Positions 9,457 through 19,452 are shown, numbered from the stretch's first letter. The stretch: 64,000 bases of DNA from Elusimicrobiota bacterium (GCA_041917295.1 JAYRXX010000025.1:51275-115274), one strand, 5' to 3'. The notes: generated from the letters alone by a model not told the origin. Made by a program: numbers and translations.

Positions 9457-10536
9457 ATGACCACGCACGCCATCAGTTTGATCCCGGGAGACGGAACCGG
9501 ACCGGAAATTTCCGCGACGGTCCAAAAGGTTTTGGAGGCCACCGGCGTTAAAATTGCCTGGGATGTGGTGGAGGCGGGCGCCGACGTGGTGGAAAAATAC
9601 GGGACGCCTCTGCCCGACAACGTTTTGGCCTCGATTCGAAAAAACCGCGTCGCCTTGAAAGGTCCTCTGACCACGCCCATCGGCACCGGGTTTCGATCGG
9701 TCAACGTGGCCCTTCGTAAAGAGCTGGATTTGTATGCCTGTTTGCGGCCGTGCAAGTCGTATGCGGGTGTTCGGTCCCGGTATTCAAACATCGATTTGGT
9801 GGTGGTGCGGGAAAACACCGAAGATTTGTATGCGGGCGTGGAATACGCCCCCGACTCGAAAGAGGCCGACGAAATCATCGGCTGGTCAAAGGGGAAAATT
9901 GTGCCCCACGCGGCCATTTCCATTAAACCCATTTCCCGCGCCGGAACCGAGCGGATCATGACCTACGCCTTTGATTACGCGGTCCAGCACAAACGGCGCA
10001 AGGTTACCGCGGTGACCAAAGCCAATATCATGAAATTTACCGACGGCCTGTTTTTTGACACAGCCCGCGAGGTGGCCAAACGCTACGCCGGAAAAGTGGA
10101 ATACGAAGAACGGTTGATCGACAATATGTGCATGCAGTTGGTGCAAAAGCCCGAGCTTTACGACGTGATCGCGTTGCCGAACCTGTACGGCGACATTTTG
10201 TCGGACTTGTGCGCCGGGCTGATCGGGGGGTTGGGCATTGCGCCGGGGGCCAACATCGGCCAGGGGATTTCGCTGTTCGAGCCCGTCCACGGGTCGGCCC
10301 CGAAATACAAAGGGATGAACAAGGTGAACCCCACGGCGATGCTGTTGTCGTCGGTTTTGATGCTGGAACACATCGGCGAAAGAGCCGCCGCGGTGAAATT
10401 GGAATCCGCCATCGCCGCCGTGATGGCCGAAGGCAAAAACGTGACTTACGATTTGAAACCCCGCCCCGACGATCCCACCGCCGTGGGAACCCGCGAGATG
10501 GGCGAGGCGATTGTTCAAAAAATGAGGAGTCTGTGA
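9457..10536 (+). CDS. Isocitrate/isopropylmalate dehydrogenase family protein, probably NAD-dependent isocitrate dehydrogenase
   Basis: 359 aa; N-terminal [11 protein letters not shown]; [27 protein letters not shown] metal- and substrate-binding signature of beta-decarboxylating dehydrogenases. Confidence 0.8.
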   Translation: MTTHAISLIPGDGTGPEISATVQKVLEATGVKIAWDVVEAGADVVEKYGTPLPDNVLASIRKNRVALKGPLTTPIGTGFRSVNVALRKELDLYACLRPCKSYAGVRSRYSNIDLVVVRENTEDLYAGVEYAPDSKEADEIIGWSKGKIVPHAAISIKPISRAGTERIMTYAFDYAVQHKRRKVTAVTKANIMKFTDGLFFDTAREVAKRYAGKVEYEERLIDNMCMQLVQKPELYDVIALPNLYGDILSDLCAGLIGGLGIAPGANIGQGISLFEPVHGSAPKYKGMNKVNPTAMLLSSVLMLEHIGERAAAVKLESAIAAVMAEGKNVTYDLKPRPDDPTAVGTREMGEAIVQKMRSL

Positions 10537-11027
10537 TGACCGACGAACTGTCGTGCGTGATCGTGAAACCCGACGGGGTCGGGAAAGCCGTGGTGGGGAA
10601 AATTTTCGCGCGCCTGGAAGCCGAGGGGTTTCGGTTGACCGCGGCGCGGATGGTGCGTCCCACCCCGGACCTGTTGGGCGGTTTTTACGCGGAACACAAA
10701 GGCAAACCGTTTTACGAAGGGTTGTTGAAATTTATTTCGTCGGGGCCCATCGTGGTGACGGCGTGGCGGGGGGCGGAGGTGGTTCGAAAAATCCGGGCGT
10801 TGATCGGGTCCACCAACCCGGCCGAGGCCGCCGCCGGAACGTTCCGTGCCCAATGGGGCACCGACAACCGGCGCAACCTGATCCACGCTTCGGATTCTCC
10901 CGCGTCGGGATTGCGGGAGACCGCTTTCTTCTTTACGCCGGAGGAACTGGCGCCGTACGATCCGATGCTCTGGTCCCGCCCCGAATACGCCCCGCCCGCA
11001 CCGGTTCTTACTCAGAAGATCACGTAA
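10536..11027 (+). CDS. ndk: Nucleoside diphosphate kinase
   Basis: [16 protein letters not shown]-terminus and NLIHASDS active-site His motif. The ATG overlaps the stop of the upstream dehydrogenase gene (ATGA). The longer track ORF from 10128 is a frame artefact. There is a ~30-aa C-terminal extension. Confidence 0.88.
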   Translation: MTDELSCVIVKPDGVGKAVVGKIFARLEAEGFRLTAARMVRPTPDLLGGFYAEHKGKPFYEGLLKFISSGPIVVTAWRGAEVVRKIRALIGSTNPAEAAAGTFRAQWGTDNRRNLIHASDSPASGLRETAFFFTPEELAPYDPMLWSRPEYAPPAPVLTQKIT

Positions 11028-11120
11028 ACCCCGGCGGTAGCGCGGTCAGCTTTCGCCGGGATGACGGAATTGTTGAAAAAGACACCGTGGAACCCTGGGA
11101 CTTATTGGAGCTTCGTGGGT

Positions 11121-11411
11121 CTACGCGCTTTCTTGCATGTAGTCAACAACAATGCCGATGATCTTTCGAACCGCTTCGTTGCAGGATTTGAATTCGATTC
11201 GGTCCAAAACGGCGGATCCGTGTTTTCGAAGAAGGTCACTGATGAGGGCGTGAATAAAGGATTGGGTGGCCGCCTCCACGCCCGCGAAGTCCAACACGAC
11301 GGTGTCCCCGGATTCCAGGGCGGGAAGAATTTCACCCAGACGCAGGGCTCTGGCCGCGTCCTTGTTTTCGGCGAAACTTCCCGCGTGGGCGAGCAGGCGG
11401 ATCTGTTTCAT
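11121..11411 (-). CDS. STAS-like small protein (anti-sigma-antagonist-like or DUF4325-like fold)
   Basis: 96 aa with a VVLDFAGVEAATQSFIHALI core typical of STAS or anti-anti-sigma-like domains. Its start overlaps the stop of the upstream HATPase gene (ATGA at 11408-11411). Confidence 0.55.
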   Translation of the reverse strand: MKQIRLLAHAGSFAENKDAARALRLGEILPALESGDTVVLDFAGVEAATQSFIHALISDLLRKHGSAVLDRIEFKSCNEAVRKIIGIVVDYMQESA

Positions 11412-12370
11412 GTGAACCGGGGTTGTTTAAACCGTTCCCGTCTTCGTTCGCGTATGGCGGATGAGTATGTGTCTCGTATCGCGTCCAGAAGTTTGGAGAA
11501 CGCCTCGGTTTGACCAAGCGATATATCGACCCCGACGACGGTCCCCGGCCAATAGGGCATGTCGGATTCGGTGGAATGCCGGTCTTTGAACGGATCGGCG
11601 CGAAGCGAGGGGTTGCGGCCGGTCCTTTTTTTTAAAAGTTTGTAAAACCCATTTCCGCTGTAGATCACGAAAAAATCCCGATTCACGCTCGCGATGGATT
11701 TGACGAAAAACAATCCCGCGCCGGCATTTTGATCGGTGCCTCCTTCCCGCGCGGTGGCGCCCGTAATTCCCGGGGTTAAGGCCAAGCGAATGGCCTCCAA
11801 ATCCGATGGGGCCCTGTGGGAGCGGTTGATGGTGGTTTTGATGCCAACGCCCGTGTCGGCAATCCCGATGCGAAGGGTGTGGCTTTTCTTGTAGTACTGG
11901 GCGCAGAGAAACGCGCCGTGGGGAGATTCGGCATGCTCGATCACGTTTCGCACAAGTTCGCTGACAATGTATCCCAGGGTTTTCGAGGGATCGGGGTCGA
12001 GGTGCAGCAACGGGATCATCTCTGTAATGAAAGCGCTCAGCTCATTGGAAGTCCGAATTTGCGTCAGGGGGATGAACCGCCCCGCTGGTTCATGTTCCTG
12101 CAAGACGATGTCCGAGTCGATCCCAAGAGTTCGCATGAGGCCCATGCGCACAAAATAGCCTGATGACGCCGCCTCAAATTTCCCACAAAAGATATTTTCG
12201 GGTTTAACGCGTTGTCCAAGGGCGGCCAACATGGATAGAACCATCGGATGAACGGACATCCATCGGTCGTTTGCCGTGATTTCCAGGATGTCTGGTTGTG
12301 AAGGATCAAAACCGCGTAAAAAGGGATCAATGTTCCCAAGGAATGCGCTGTTTGGGATGTGTATTTTCAT
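11408..12370 (-). CDS. Histidine-kinase-like ATPase (HATPase_c, GHKL) protein with an unrecognised ~145-aa N-terminal domain
   Basis: N-box ELVRNVIEHAE, G1 box IGIADTGVGI and G2-like GATAREGG...GAGLFF in the central region, like RsbW/SpoIIAB-type Ser kinases but with extra N- and C-terminal regions. GC content is visibly lower than in the neighbouring genes. Confidence 0.65.
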   Translation of the reverse strand: MKIHIPNSAFLGNIDPFLRGFDPSQPDILEITANDRWMSVHPMVLSMLAALGQRVKPENIFCGKFEAASSGYFVRMGLMRTLGIDSDIVLQEHEPAGRFIPLTQIRTSNELSAFITEMIPLLHLDPDPSKTLGYIVSELVRNVIEHAESPHGAFLCAQYYKKSHTLRIGIADTGVGIKTTINRSHRAPSDLEAIRLALTPGITGATAREGGTDQNAGAGLFFVKSIASVNRDFFVIYSGNGFYKLLKKRTGRNPSLRADPFKDRHSTESDMPYWPGTVVGVDISLGQTEAFSKLLDAIRDTYSSAIRERRRERFKQPRFT

Positions 12371-12437
12371 TATAACGAATTATACCGGGATTCCTGGGTA
12401 TTGTCAATACACCTAAATTCCCGGTATTTATTTGTTA

Positions 12438-12460
12438 ATTATCGGTCTTGGCCGAGACCG
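12438..12460 (-). terminator. Hairpin downstream of nfu (minus strand)
   Basis: CGGTCT-TGGCCGA-GACCG inverted repeat just 3' of the nfu stop in an AT-rich spacer. It has no clear U-tract, so it is only a putative terminator. Confidence 0.3.
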
Positions 12461-12485
12461 GTAAAATGGATGGATTCTCCCCGCG

Positions 12486-13025
12486 TTAAACCGTAACCAC
12501 CCGGATGTTGGGATCCAGCATCCGCTGAAGCAGGTTTTGGATGGCGAACAAGGTCCCCGCGGACGCGCTGGGACAACTGCCGCAGGCGCCTTGGTAATGA
12601 ACCGTTAACAGCCCGTCTTGATAATCCAATATTTCCAGTCCGCCGCCGTCGCCGGCCAAGGCGGGGCGAATGTTTTCATCAATGATTTGTTCGATGCGGG
12701 CGCGGATGTCGTCATTGGAGGCGGCGCCGGTCGAGGCGGGGGCGGAGGGTTTGACCGCTTCGCCGCGCGTTTCGATGGCGGATTTAAGCCGCGGTTCGAG
12801 TTGGTCCCAATCGGCCTCGGGCCGTTTGGTGACCGTCACGAACCGGTCGAGGATGAACACCGAGGCCACGGGGCCCGCGGCGAACAGGGCTTCGCTCAGA
12901 GCGTGGGTTTTGGCGTCGGCGGCGTTTTCAAAAGACAGGGCCCCCCTCTCCACCAACCGATTGTCCGTAATAAATTTAAGCGCATCCGGGTTGGGCGTTC
13001 CTTGAACCTCGACAACTTTGACCAT
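12486..13025 (-). CDS. NFU1/NfuA-type Fe-S cluster assembly protein with Nfu_N and NifU C-terminal domains
   Basis: C-terminal CGSCPSASAGTL (CxxC NifU motif) and an N-terminal Nfu_N-like domain (MVKVVEVQGTPNPDALKF). Confidence 0.8.
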   Translation of the reverse strand: MVKVVEVQGTPNPDALKFITDNRLVERGALSFENAADAKTHALSEALFAAGPVASVFILDRFVTVTKRPEADWDQLEPRLKSAIETRGEAVKPSAPASTGAASNDDIRARIEQIIDENIRPALAGDGGGLEILDYQDGLLTVHYQGACGSCPSASAGTLFAIQNLLQRMLDPNIRVVTV

Positions 13026-13302
13026 GGGGGGCCTCCTTTCGACGAAGATACATTATACCAAGCGCGGGAGGGGGTGTCCACGGTGCGCGTTTGGACGGAC
13101 CCGGAAAAAATGGCCTTGACAGAATGGCGGGGGCGGGTATAATAACGCGCGCCAGAACTTGGATGGGGCCGAGGATCGGTCCCGATGGCCAGAAAACGAT
13201 TGATTCGAAAAATCATCCACACACGACCGTTCGGCATGATACCCTGGGGTCCCGTCGGGAATCCAGGAATAATGCCCGGCCGGAACCTCTAAGGAGTCCT
13301 CC

Positions 13303-14682
13303 ATGGACCAGCATTCCCACACCTCGCAACCCACTTCTTCCGCCTCGCCGGCCCCCGTGCCGCCCGCGGCGCCGGCGACGTTGCCCGCCGCCAATGGGTC
13401 GCCGTCGTCCAGTCCCAAAATTTTGAAAGCCGCCATGCTTTCCCGCGCGCCCATGGGTGAACTGATGAAATTGGCGTCGGATTTGAAAGTGTCCATCGCT
13501 GGCATGCGCCGCCAGGAAATCATCGCCCGGTTGCTGGAAGCCCACGCCCGGGAATCGGGTGAACTGGTGCGCCAAGGGGTTTTGGAAATTCTGCAGGACG
13601 GGTTTGGGTTCCTGCGCAGTCCGGACTACAACTATCTGTCGGGCCCCGACGACATTTACATCAGCCCGTCCCAAATCAAACGCTTTTCGTTGCGCAAAGG
13701 CGACACCGTTGCCGGCCAGGTCCGGCCGCCCAAAGATCAAGAGCGGTTTTTCGCGCTTCTTCAGGTCCACACCATCAACGGCGATCCCGTGGACAAGGCC
13801 CTTCGGCGGCCGTTGTTCGACAACCTCACGCCGCTGTATCCCCAGAACCGCCTGAACCTTGAAACCAAAAAAGACGAAATCAACACCCGCGTCTTGAACT
13901 TGGTGGCGCCCATCGGCAAAGGCCAGCGCGGGTTGATCGTGGCCGCGCCGCGTACCGGCAAAACCATTTTCCTTCAAAAAATCGCCAACGCCATTTCGGA
14001 AAACCATCCGGAAGTGGACATGATCGTTCTTCTGATTGACGAACGGCCGGAAGAAGTGACCGACATGCAACGGTCCGTGAAAGGGGAAGTCATTAGTTCC
14101 ACGTTCGATGAGCCCGCCGACCGGCACGTGCAGGTGGCCGAAATGGTTATCGAAAAGGCCAAGCGCCAAACCGAGTGCGGCAAAGACGTGGTCATCTTAT
14201 TGGACTCGATCACGCGGTTGGCCCGGGCTTACAACACGGTTACCCCGTCCTCGGGACGGGTGTTGTCGGGCGGGTTGGATTCGAACGCCCTCCAGCGGCC
14301 CAAACGGTTTTTCGGCGCCGCCCGCAACATCGAAGAGGGAGGCAGTTTGACCATCGTGGCCACGGCCCTGGTCGAAACGGGCAGTCGCATGGACGACGTG
14401 ATCTTTGAAGAATTCAAGGGCACCGGCAATATGGAAGTTTATTTGGACCGGAAATTGGCCGATCGGCGTGTGTTCCCGGCCATCGACATGCACCGCTCGG
14501 GGACCCGCAAAGAAGAGCTGTTGCTGACCCAAGACGAGCTGAACAAGGTGTGGGTGTTGCGCAAAGTGCTGTCGTCCATGACCCCGGTGGACGCCATGGA
14601 ACTGTTGATTGAAAAAGTATCGGCCACGAAATCGAACAAAGATTTTTTGCGGTCCATGGAAGTGTCCAGCATCAATAAATAG
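13303..14682 (+). CDS. rho: Transcription termination factor Rho with an S/P/A-rich N-terminal extension
   Basis: [12 protein letters not shown] and SPSQIRRF-like RNA-binding motifs; P-loop APPKAGKT-like ([11 protein letters not shown]); 459 aa including a ~50-aa low-complexity N-terminus. Confidence 0.92.
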   Translation: MDQHSHTSQPTSSASPAPVPPAAPATLPAANGSPSSSPKILKAAMLSRAPMGELMKLASDLKVSIAGMRRQEIIARLLEAHARESGELVRQGVLEILQDGFGFLRSPDYNYLSGPDDIYISPSQIKRFSLRKGDTVAGQVRPPKDQERFFALLQVHTINGDPVDKALRRPLFDNLTPLYPQNRLNLETKKDEINTRVLNLVAPIGKGQRGLIVAAPRTGKTIFLQKIANAISENHPEVDMIVLLIDERPEEVTDMQRSVKGEVISSTFDEPADRHVQVAEMVIEKAKRQTECGKDVVILLDSITRLARAYNTVTPSSGRVLSGGLDSNALQRPKRFFGAARNIEEGGSLTIVATALVETGSRMDDVIFEEFKGTGNMEVYLDRKLADRRVFPAIDMHRSGTRKEELLLTQDELNKVWVLRKVLSSMTPVDAMELLIEKVSATKSNKDFLRSMEVSSINK

Positions 14683-14696
14683 CGGCAGGGGGGCGA

Positions 14697-15725
14697 ATGG
14701 GCAAACGCAAGTCGGTTTTGCCGCAAACAGCGGTGCCGTCCACGGAGGGGGGGGAAACCCGCCCGAACCGCCGGGCCGGCCTGTTTCGGCCCAAACGGCC
14801 GACGGATGTGTTGACGGCCGGAATTGTCGCGGCTGTGGTGGTGTCGGTGGCCGCGTTGGGGGGCGCGTCGTTTCAATTGCCTTCCGGCGGGGCGGCGTTT
14901 TCGGAGTCGTTTTTGCTTTCGGTTGGTTATCCCGCCCCGGGTCCAACCCCGGACCTTTTTCAAACCCTCGGTAAACTCCAGCGGGTTATCGTTGGTCAAT
15001 ACGAAGTCCGTCCCAAAGACACCCTGGCGTCTTTGTCCAAAACCTTTGGGTCCGGGCCAGACTTTTTGCGCAGTACCAACCGGCTCCATTCGGCCCAGTT
15101 AAGTCCCGGAAAAACCATCCTTGTCCACAATGGGCTGGGAATGTTGTATCAGGTTCGGGAAAACAAAGGCCGCTCTGAAACCCTCCACGACATCGCCAAA
15201 CGTTACAACCTGTCTCCGGTCCAATTGGCCCGGGCGAACCAATTGCCGGGCGTCTCTCTTCTCTCCGACCAGGGGCTGGAACCGGGTCGGGTTTTGTTTT
15301 TGCCATCGGTGCGGTTGCGGTTTACCGATTATTTGATGCCGGTGGCCTGGTCGCGCGGACAGCGGATGACCTCGTCGGGGTTCGGATACCGCCGCCATCC
15401 CGTCTTGAAAACCCGCCGTTTTCACCAGGGAGTGGATTTTCCCCGTCCCCCGGGATCGCCTGTCCGCTCGGTCCGGGAAGGGGTGGTCATTTTTGCCGGC
15501 TGGCGGGGTTCCTACGGCCGTTTGGTCATTCTGAAACATCCCGGCGGAATGCGGACATGGTACGGACATCTTTCCGCTATTACCGTTGAACCAGGCCAAC
15601 GGGTGGCCGCCGGCGTTTTGATCGGCCGCGTGGGCAGTTCCGGATTAACCACCGGGCCGCACCTCCATTTTGAGGTCCGCGACCGCTACGGCCGCGCCTT
15701 AAATCCCAAAAAGTTCTTATTTTAA
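14697..15725 (+). CDS. LysM-domain M23 family metallopeptidase (murein endopeptidase-like)
   Basis: Two LysM repeats (YEVRPKDTLASLSKTF; YQVRENKGRSETLHDIAKRYNL) and the M23 catalytic motifs HQGVDF and GPHLHFEV. Confidence 0.85.
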   Translation: MGKRKSVLPQTAVPSTEGGETRPNRRAGLFRPKRPTDVLTAGIVAAVVVSVAALGGASFQLPSGGAAFSESFLLSVGYPAPGPTPDLFQTLGKLQRVIVGQYEVRPKDTLASLSKTFGSGPDFLRSTNRLHSAQLSPGKTILVHNGLGMLYQVRENKGRSETLHDIAKRYNLSPVQLARANQLPGVSLLSDQGLEPGRVLFLPSVRLRFTDYLMPVAWSRGQRMTSSGFGYRRHPVLKTRRFHQGVDFPRPPGSPVRSVREGVVIFAGWRGSYGRLVILKHPGGMRTWYGHLSAITVEPGQRVAAGVLIGRVGSSGLTTGPHLHFEVRDRYGRALNPKKFLF

Positions 15726-15809
15726 GATAGAATATCAAGAACCATCAGGCCGCGGTTGCGGCTATTCACGTCAGTTGGATCCATTTAAAAATAAAAGAGA
15801 GAGGGTGTC

Positions 15810-16196
15810 ATGAAAGAAGGGATTCATCCCACATATCAACAGATCACCGTGACCTGCGCTTGCGGAAAATCGTGGATCACCGGATCGACAGCCAAACAGA
15901 TTCGTTTGGAAATTTGTTCCAATTGCCATCCGTTTTACACCGGACGCCAAAAGTTGATGGACACGGCGGGTCGTGTGGAACGGTTTGAAAAGAGATACGC
16001 CTCCACCGGCGGAAAAACCGTTGAGCGCAAACCGGTCGTCAAAAAAGCTGCCCCCGCGCCCAAACCCGCCGCCAAAAAGGCCGTGAAGGTGCTCACCAGC
16101 ACCCCGAAACCGGGCACCAAAGAAAAACCGGGCAAATCCCCCAAATCGGCTAAACCGGCCAAGACCGGAAAACCCGAAAAAGCGCCTGCGAAGTAA
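15810..16196 (+). CDS. rpmE: 50S ribosomal protein L31 (zinc-binding type) with a Lys/Pro/Ala-rich C-terminal tail
   Basis: [10 protein letters not shown]-terminus; CxC...CxxC zinc ligands; ~60-aa KPAAKK-type extension. Confidence 0.85.
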   Translation: MKEGIHPTYQQITVTCACGKSWITGSTAKQIRLEICSNCHPFYTGRQKLMDTAGRVERFEKRYASTGGKTVERKPVVKKAAPAPKPAAKKAVKVLTSTPKPGTKEKPGKSPKSAKPAKTGKPEKAPAK

Positions 16197-16274
16197 CCCC
16201 CTCCTTCATTCCCGACTTCCTTTGAGCCGGCTCGTCCGTAAAGACGTGCCGGCCAAAGGCGGATCGGTGACTCC

Positions 16275-17345
16275 ATGAATCCCAAATTAGAACAGTTGGA
16301 AAGCCGGTTGACCGTTCTCAACGAACGGTTAGCGGATCCGTCTGTTCAGAGGTCCCCCGAATCTCATGAGCTGGCTCGGGAATTTAAACGGTTGGATCCC
16401 ATCGTCCAAAAAATCCGCGTTCTTCGCCGGGTGGAATCCGAAATTCATCAGGCCGAAAGCCTGCTTTCCTCCTCCGAACCGGACTTGAAAGCGCTGGCGG
16501 AAGAAGAACTGAAAAATTTACGGAGCCAATCGGTCGGTCTGGCGGCGGAGTTGGACGAATTTTTGATTCCCCGCGATCCCCGGGACGGGCGGGACGTGAT
16601 CATCGAAATACGCGCCGGAACCGGCGGCGACGAAGCGGCCCTGTTCGGAGGGGACCTTTACCGGATGTATTCCCGCTACGCCGCTGAGCTGGGGTTCGCG
16701 GTGGAACCCTACGACTCGTCCCCGTCCGGGATGGGCGGGTTTAAAGAAATTGTTTTCGGGGTTCGGGGAAACGGGGCCTATTCCCGGTTTAAGTATGAAA
16801 GCGGCGTTCACCGCGTTCAACGGGTTCCGGACACGGAGGCGTCGGGCCGCATCCACACCTCCACGGCCACCGTGGCGGTGTTGCCGGAAGCCGACGAGGT
16901 GGAAGTGTCCATCAACCCCGCGGACCTGCGTATTGACACCTACCGGGCCTCCGGCGCCGGGGGCCAGCACGTGAACAAAACCGAGTCCGCCATTCGGATC
17001 ACCCATCTTCCCTCGGGCATTGTGGTGGCCTGCCAAGAAGAACGCAGTCAAATGAAAAACCGCGCCCGGGCCTTTTCGATGCTCCGCGCCAAACTGCACC
17101 AGGCCGAACAGGAACGCCTGGAGTCCGAACGGCGGGACCTGCGCCGAAGCCAGGTGGGAACCGGCGAACGCACTGAAAAAATCCGCACCTACAATTTTCC
17201 CCAAGACCGCGTGACCGATCACCGCATCAACCAAAACTTCCATAATTTGCCGGGCATATTGGAGGGCCGTCTGGGCCCACTTCACGCCGCGCTGTGGCAA
17301 GCGGAAAAGGCCGAACGCATGGCTCAGGCCGCGTCGGTTTCGTGA
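16275..17345 (+). CDS. prfA: Peptide chain release factor 1
   Basis: GGQ motif (SGAGGQHVNKTESA) and a PxT-context RF1 domain; 356 aa. Confidence 0.95.
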   Translation: MNPKLEQLESRLTVLNERLADPSVQRSPESHELAREFKRLDPIVQKIRVLRRVESEIHQAESLLSSSEPDLKALAEEELKNLRSQSVGLAAELDEFLIPRDPRDGRDVIIEIRAGTGGDEAALFGGDLYRMYSRYAAELGFAVEPYDSSPSGMGGFKEIVFGVRGNGAYSRFKYESGVHRVQRVPDTEASGRIHTSTATVAVLPEADEVEVSINPADLRIDTYRASGAGGQHVNKTESAIRITHLPSGIVVACQEERSQMKNRARAFSMLRAKLHQAEQERLESERRDLRRSQVGTGERTEKIRTYNFPQDRVTDHRINQNFHNLPGILEGRLGPLHAALWQAEKAERMAQAASVS

Positions 17346-18196
17346 CCACGGTCGCGGCGCCCCCGGCCACGGCGGCGGAGGCGATGGCGTTGGCGGCGGA
17401 GCGCCTCAAAGGGGCGGGTCTGCCGAACGCGCAGTTTGAGGCCAAGCAGTTGGTGGCCCGGTGTTTGGGCCTGGCGCCGGCCCGGCTCGATTTTCAGAGC
17501 CATCGGCCGTGGACGCCCGCCGACGACGCTCTTTTGAACGTGTGGCTTGGCCGGCGGGAAAACCGGGTTCCGTTGGCGTATGTGTTGGGCGAATGGGATT
17601 TTATGGATTTCACATTAACGGTGACACCTGACGTGTTGATCCCCCGGCCGGAAACGGAAGAGCTGTTTGCCGCGGCGGCCTCCGCCGTCGGAGACAAGGC
17701 AGTCGCCGTGGCCGATGTGGGCACCGGCGCGGGCGGACTGGCGTTGGCGGCGGCGCGGCGCTGGCCGTCGGCGAAGGTCACGGCCGTGGACGTTTCGGCC
17801 GCCGCCCTGGCGGTGGCCCGTTGGAACGCCCGCCGTTGGGGATTGGAAAATCAAATTCGCTTTGAGCAACATGATTTAATTTCTGGAGAGGCCGAATACG
17901 ATTTGGTGTTAGCCAATCTTCCTTACGTGGCGACATTCGAGTTGAATGGACTGGAACCGGAGTTGGCGTGGGAACCCCGGTTGGCTCTCGACGGCGGCGG
18001 GGACGGGTTGGATGTGGTGCGGCGGTGTGTTCCGTTGGCGCGGCGCGCGTTGCGTCCGGGGGGACAACTGTGGCTTGAGGTGGGGCACGCCCACGGGAGC
18101 CGGACCGAGGCCCTGTTGGCTCACGCGGGCTTTCAGTCGGTTCAAGCGCATCCCGATTTTGCGGGAATTCGGCGGTTTGTTGGAGGAACCCGATGA
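17342..18196 (+). CDS. prmC: Release-factor glutamine N5-methyltransferase
   Basis: Class I MTase motif DVGTGAGGLALA and NLPY (NPPY variant) substrate motif. A GTG start overlaps the prfA stop (GTGA); the track ORF begins earlier, at 17294. Confidence 0.8.
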   Translation: MTTVAAPPATAAEAMALAAERLKGAGLPNAQFEAKQLVARCLGLAPARLDFQSHRPWTPADDALLNVWLGRRENRVPLAYVLGEWDFMDFTLTVTPDVLIPRPETEELFAAAASAVGDKAVAVADVGTGAGGLALAAARRWPSAKVTAVDVSAAALAVARWNARRWGLENQIRFEQHDLISGEAEYDLVLANLPYVATFELNGLEPELAWEPRLALDGGGDGLDVVRRCVPLARRALRPGGQLWLEVGHAHGSRTEALLAHAGFQSVQAHPDFAGIRRFVGGTR

Positions 18197-19452
18197 TTCA
18201 ATTGGACAGTTTTGTGATCAAAGGCGGAAAACGGTTGACGGGGTCTGTTCGCGTGTCTGGGTCCAAAAACGCCGCCCTCCCCTGTTTGTTCGCCACGTTG
18301 TTAACAGATCACGAGGTGGTCCTCGACAATGTGCCCGATTTGCAGGACATTCGGACGGCGGTCCGGTTGTTGGAACGGTTGGGCAAACGCGTCACCGTCC
18401 AGTCGGGCCGGGTAACCGTTCGCAAGAAAGGGGTTTTGAGAGAACGGGCGCCCTACGATTTGGTTCGACGGATGCGGGCCAGCGCGGTGGTGATGGGGCC
18501 GCTTTTGGCCCGGTTGGGGAAAGCGGATGTGTCCCTTCCCGGCGGATGCGCCATCGGGGCACGGCCCATCAACTTCCATCTGAAAGCGTTCGAGGCCATG
18601 GGCGCGAAAATCACCGTTCACGAAGGCTACATTCTGGCCCAGGGACGAATGAAAGGGTGCCGTGTGAAACTGCCGTTTGCCAGCGTGGGCGCCACGGAAA
18701 ATATTTTGATGGCGGCGTCGTTGGCCCAGGGTCGAACTGTTTTGGACAACGCGGCCCGCGAACCCGAAATCACCGATCTGGCCAACCTGTTGACGGCCAT
18801 GGGCGCGCGCATCAAGGGCGCGGGGACCACGCGGATCGTCATTGACGGGGTGCCGTCTTTGGGCGGGGCCCATCACCGGGTTATTCCGGACCGCATCGAA
18901 GCGGGCACGTTGCTGATCGCGGCCGCCATGACGCGCGGACGGATCAAATTGATCGACGCGGATCCATCCCATTTGGGGGCCGTCATCGAGGCTCTTCGTC
19001 GGGCTGGACTCGCCGTTTCCCAAACGGCCAACACCTTGGAAGCGGCTTGGGTGCGCCCTTTAAAGCCGGTCGCTGTTAAAACGCGCGTGTACCCGGGGTT
19101 CCCGACGGACATGCAGGCTCAATGGATGGCGTTGATGTCGGTGACCCGGGGCCGCAGCGTGATCCAAGAAGATATTTTTGAAAACCGGTTTCTGCATGCC
19201 CAGGAATTGGTGCGGATGGGGGCGCGTATCGACGTGCGGGGAGCCCGGGCGGCCATTGAAGGCGTTCCCCGGTTGTCCGGCTGTCCGTTGATGGTGTCGG
19301 ACCTGCGGGCGGGGGCGGCTCTGGTTTTGGCCGGGCTGGTGGCCCGGGGGCGGACACGGGTTCTTCGCGTTTATCACTTGGACCGGGGCTACGAGCGGTT
19401 GGAAAAAAAATTGCGTCTCCTGGGAGCCGACATCCGGCGGGTTCCCCAATGA
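18193..19452 (+). CDS. murA: UDP-N-acetylglucosamine 1-carboxyvinyltransferase
   Basis: N-terminus MIQLDSFVIKGGKRLTGSVRVSGSKNAALP is diagnostic of MurA; 419 aa; ATGA overlap with prmC. Confidence 0.95.
   Translation: MIQLDSFVIKGGKRLTGSVRVSGSKNAALPCLFATLLTDHEVVLDNVPDLQDIRTAVRLLERLGKRVTVQSGRVTVRKKGVLRERAPYDLVRRMRASAVVMGPLLARLGKADVSLPGGCAIGARPINFHLKAFEAMGAKITVHEGYILAQGRMKGCRVKLPFASVGATENILMAASLAQGRTVLDNAAREPEITDLANLLTAMGARIKGAGTTRIVIDGVPSLGGAHHRVIPDRIEAGTLLIAAAMTRGRIKLIDADPSHLGAVIEALRRAGLAVSQTANTLEAAWVRPLKPVAVKTRVYPGFPTDMQAQWMALMSVTRGRSVIQEDIFENRFLHAQELVRMGARIDVRGARAAIEGVPRLSGCPLMVSDLRAGAALVLAGLVARGRTRVLRVYHLDRGYERLEKKLRLLGADIRRVPQ

Noticed and set aside
8413-9525. 370-aa minus-strand ORF, and the 67-aa ORF at 20949..21152, which read through the two MITE-like repeat copies
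   Set aside because: Both translate the repeat itself (shared ...GARTE.EKAGLFTNKKVQAVAGTT.KLFCEEKRPEFSVESRDPTG... segments) and otherwise run antisense to a well-supported long gene. They are products of repeat sequence plus GC-rich codon-free frames, not genes.
10128-11027. 299-aa version of ndk starting at 10128
   Set aside because: The upstream 136 aa are an alternate frame of the IDH-family gene with no kinase similarity. The canonical Ndk N-terminus ([14 protein letters not shown]) begins at the ATG at 10536, overlapping the upstream stop.
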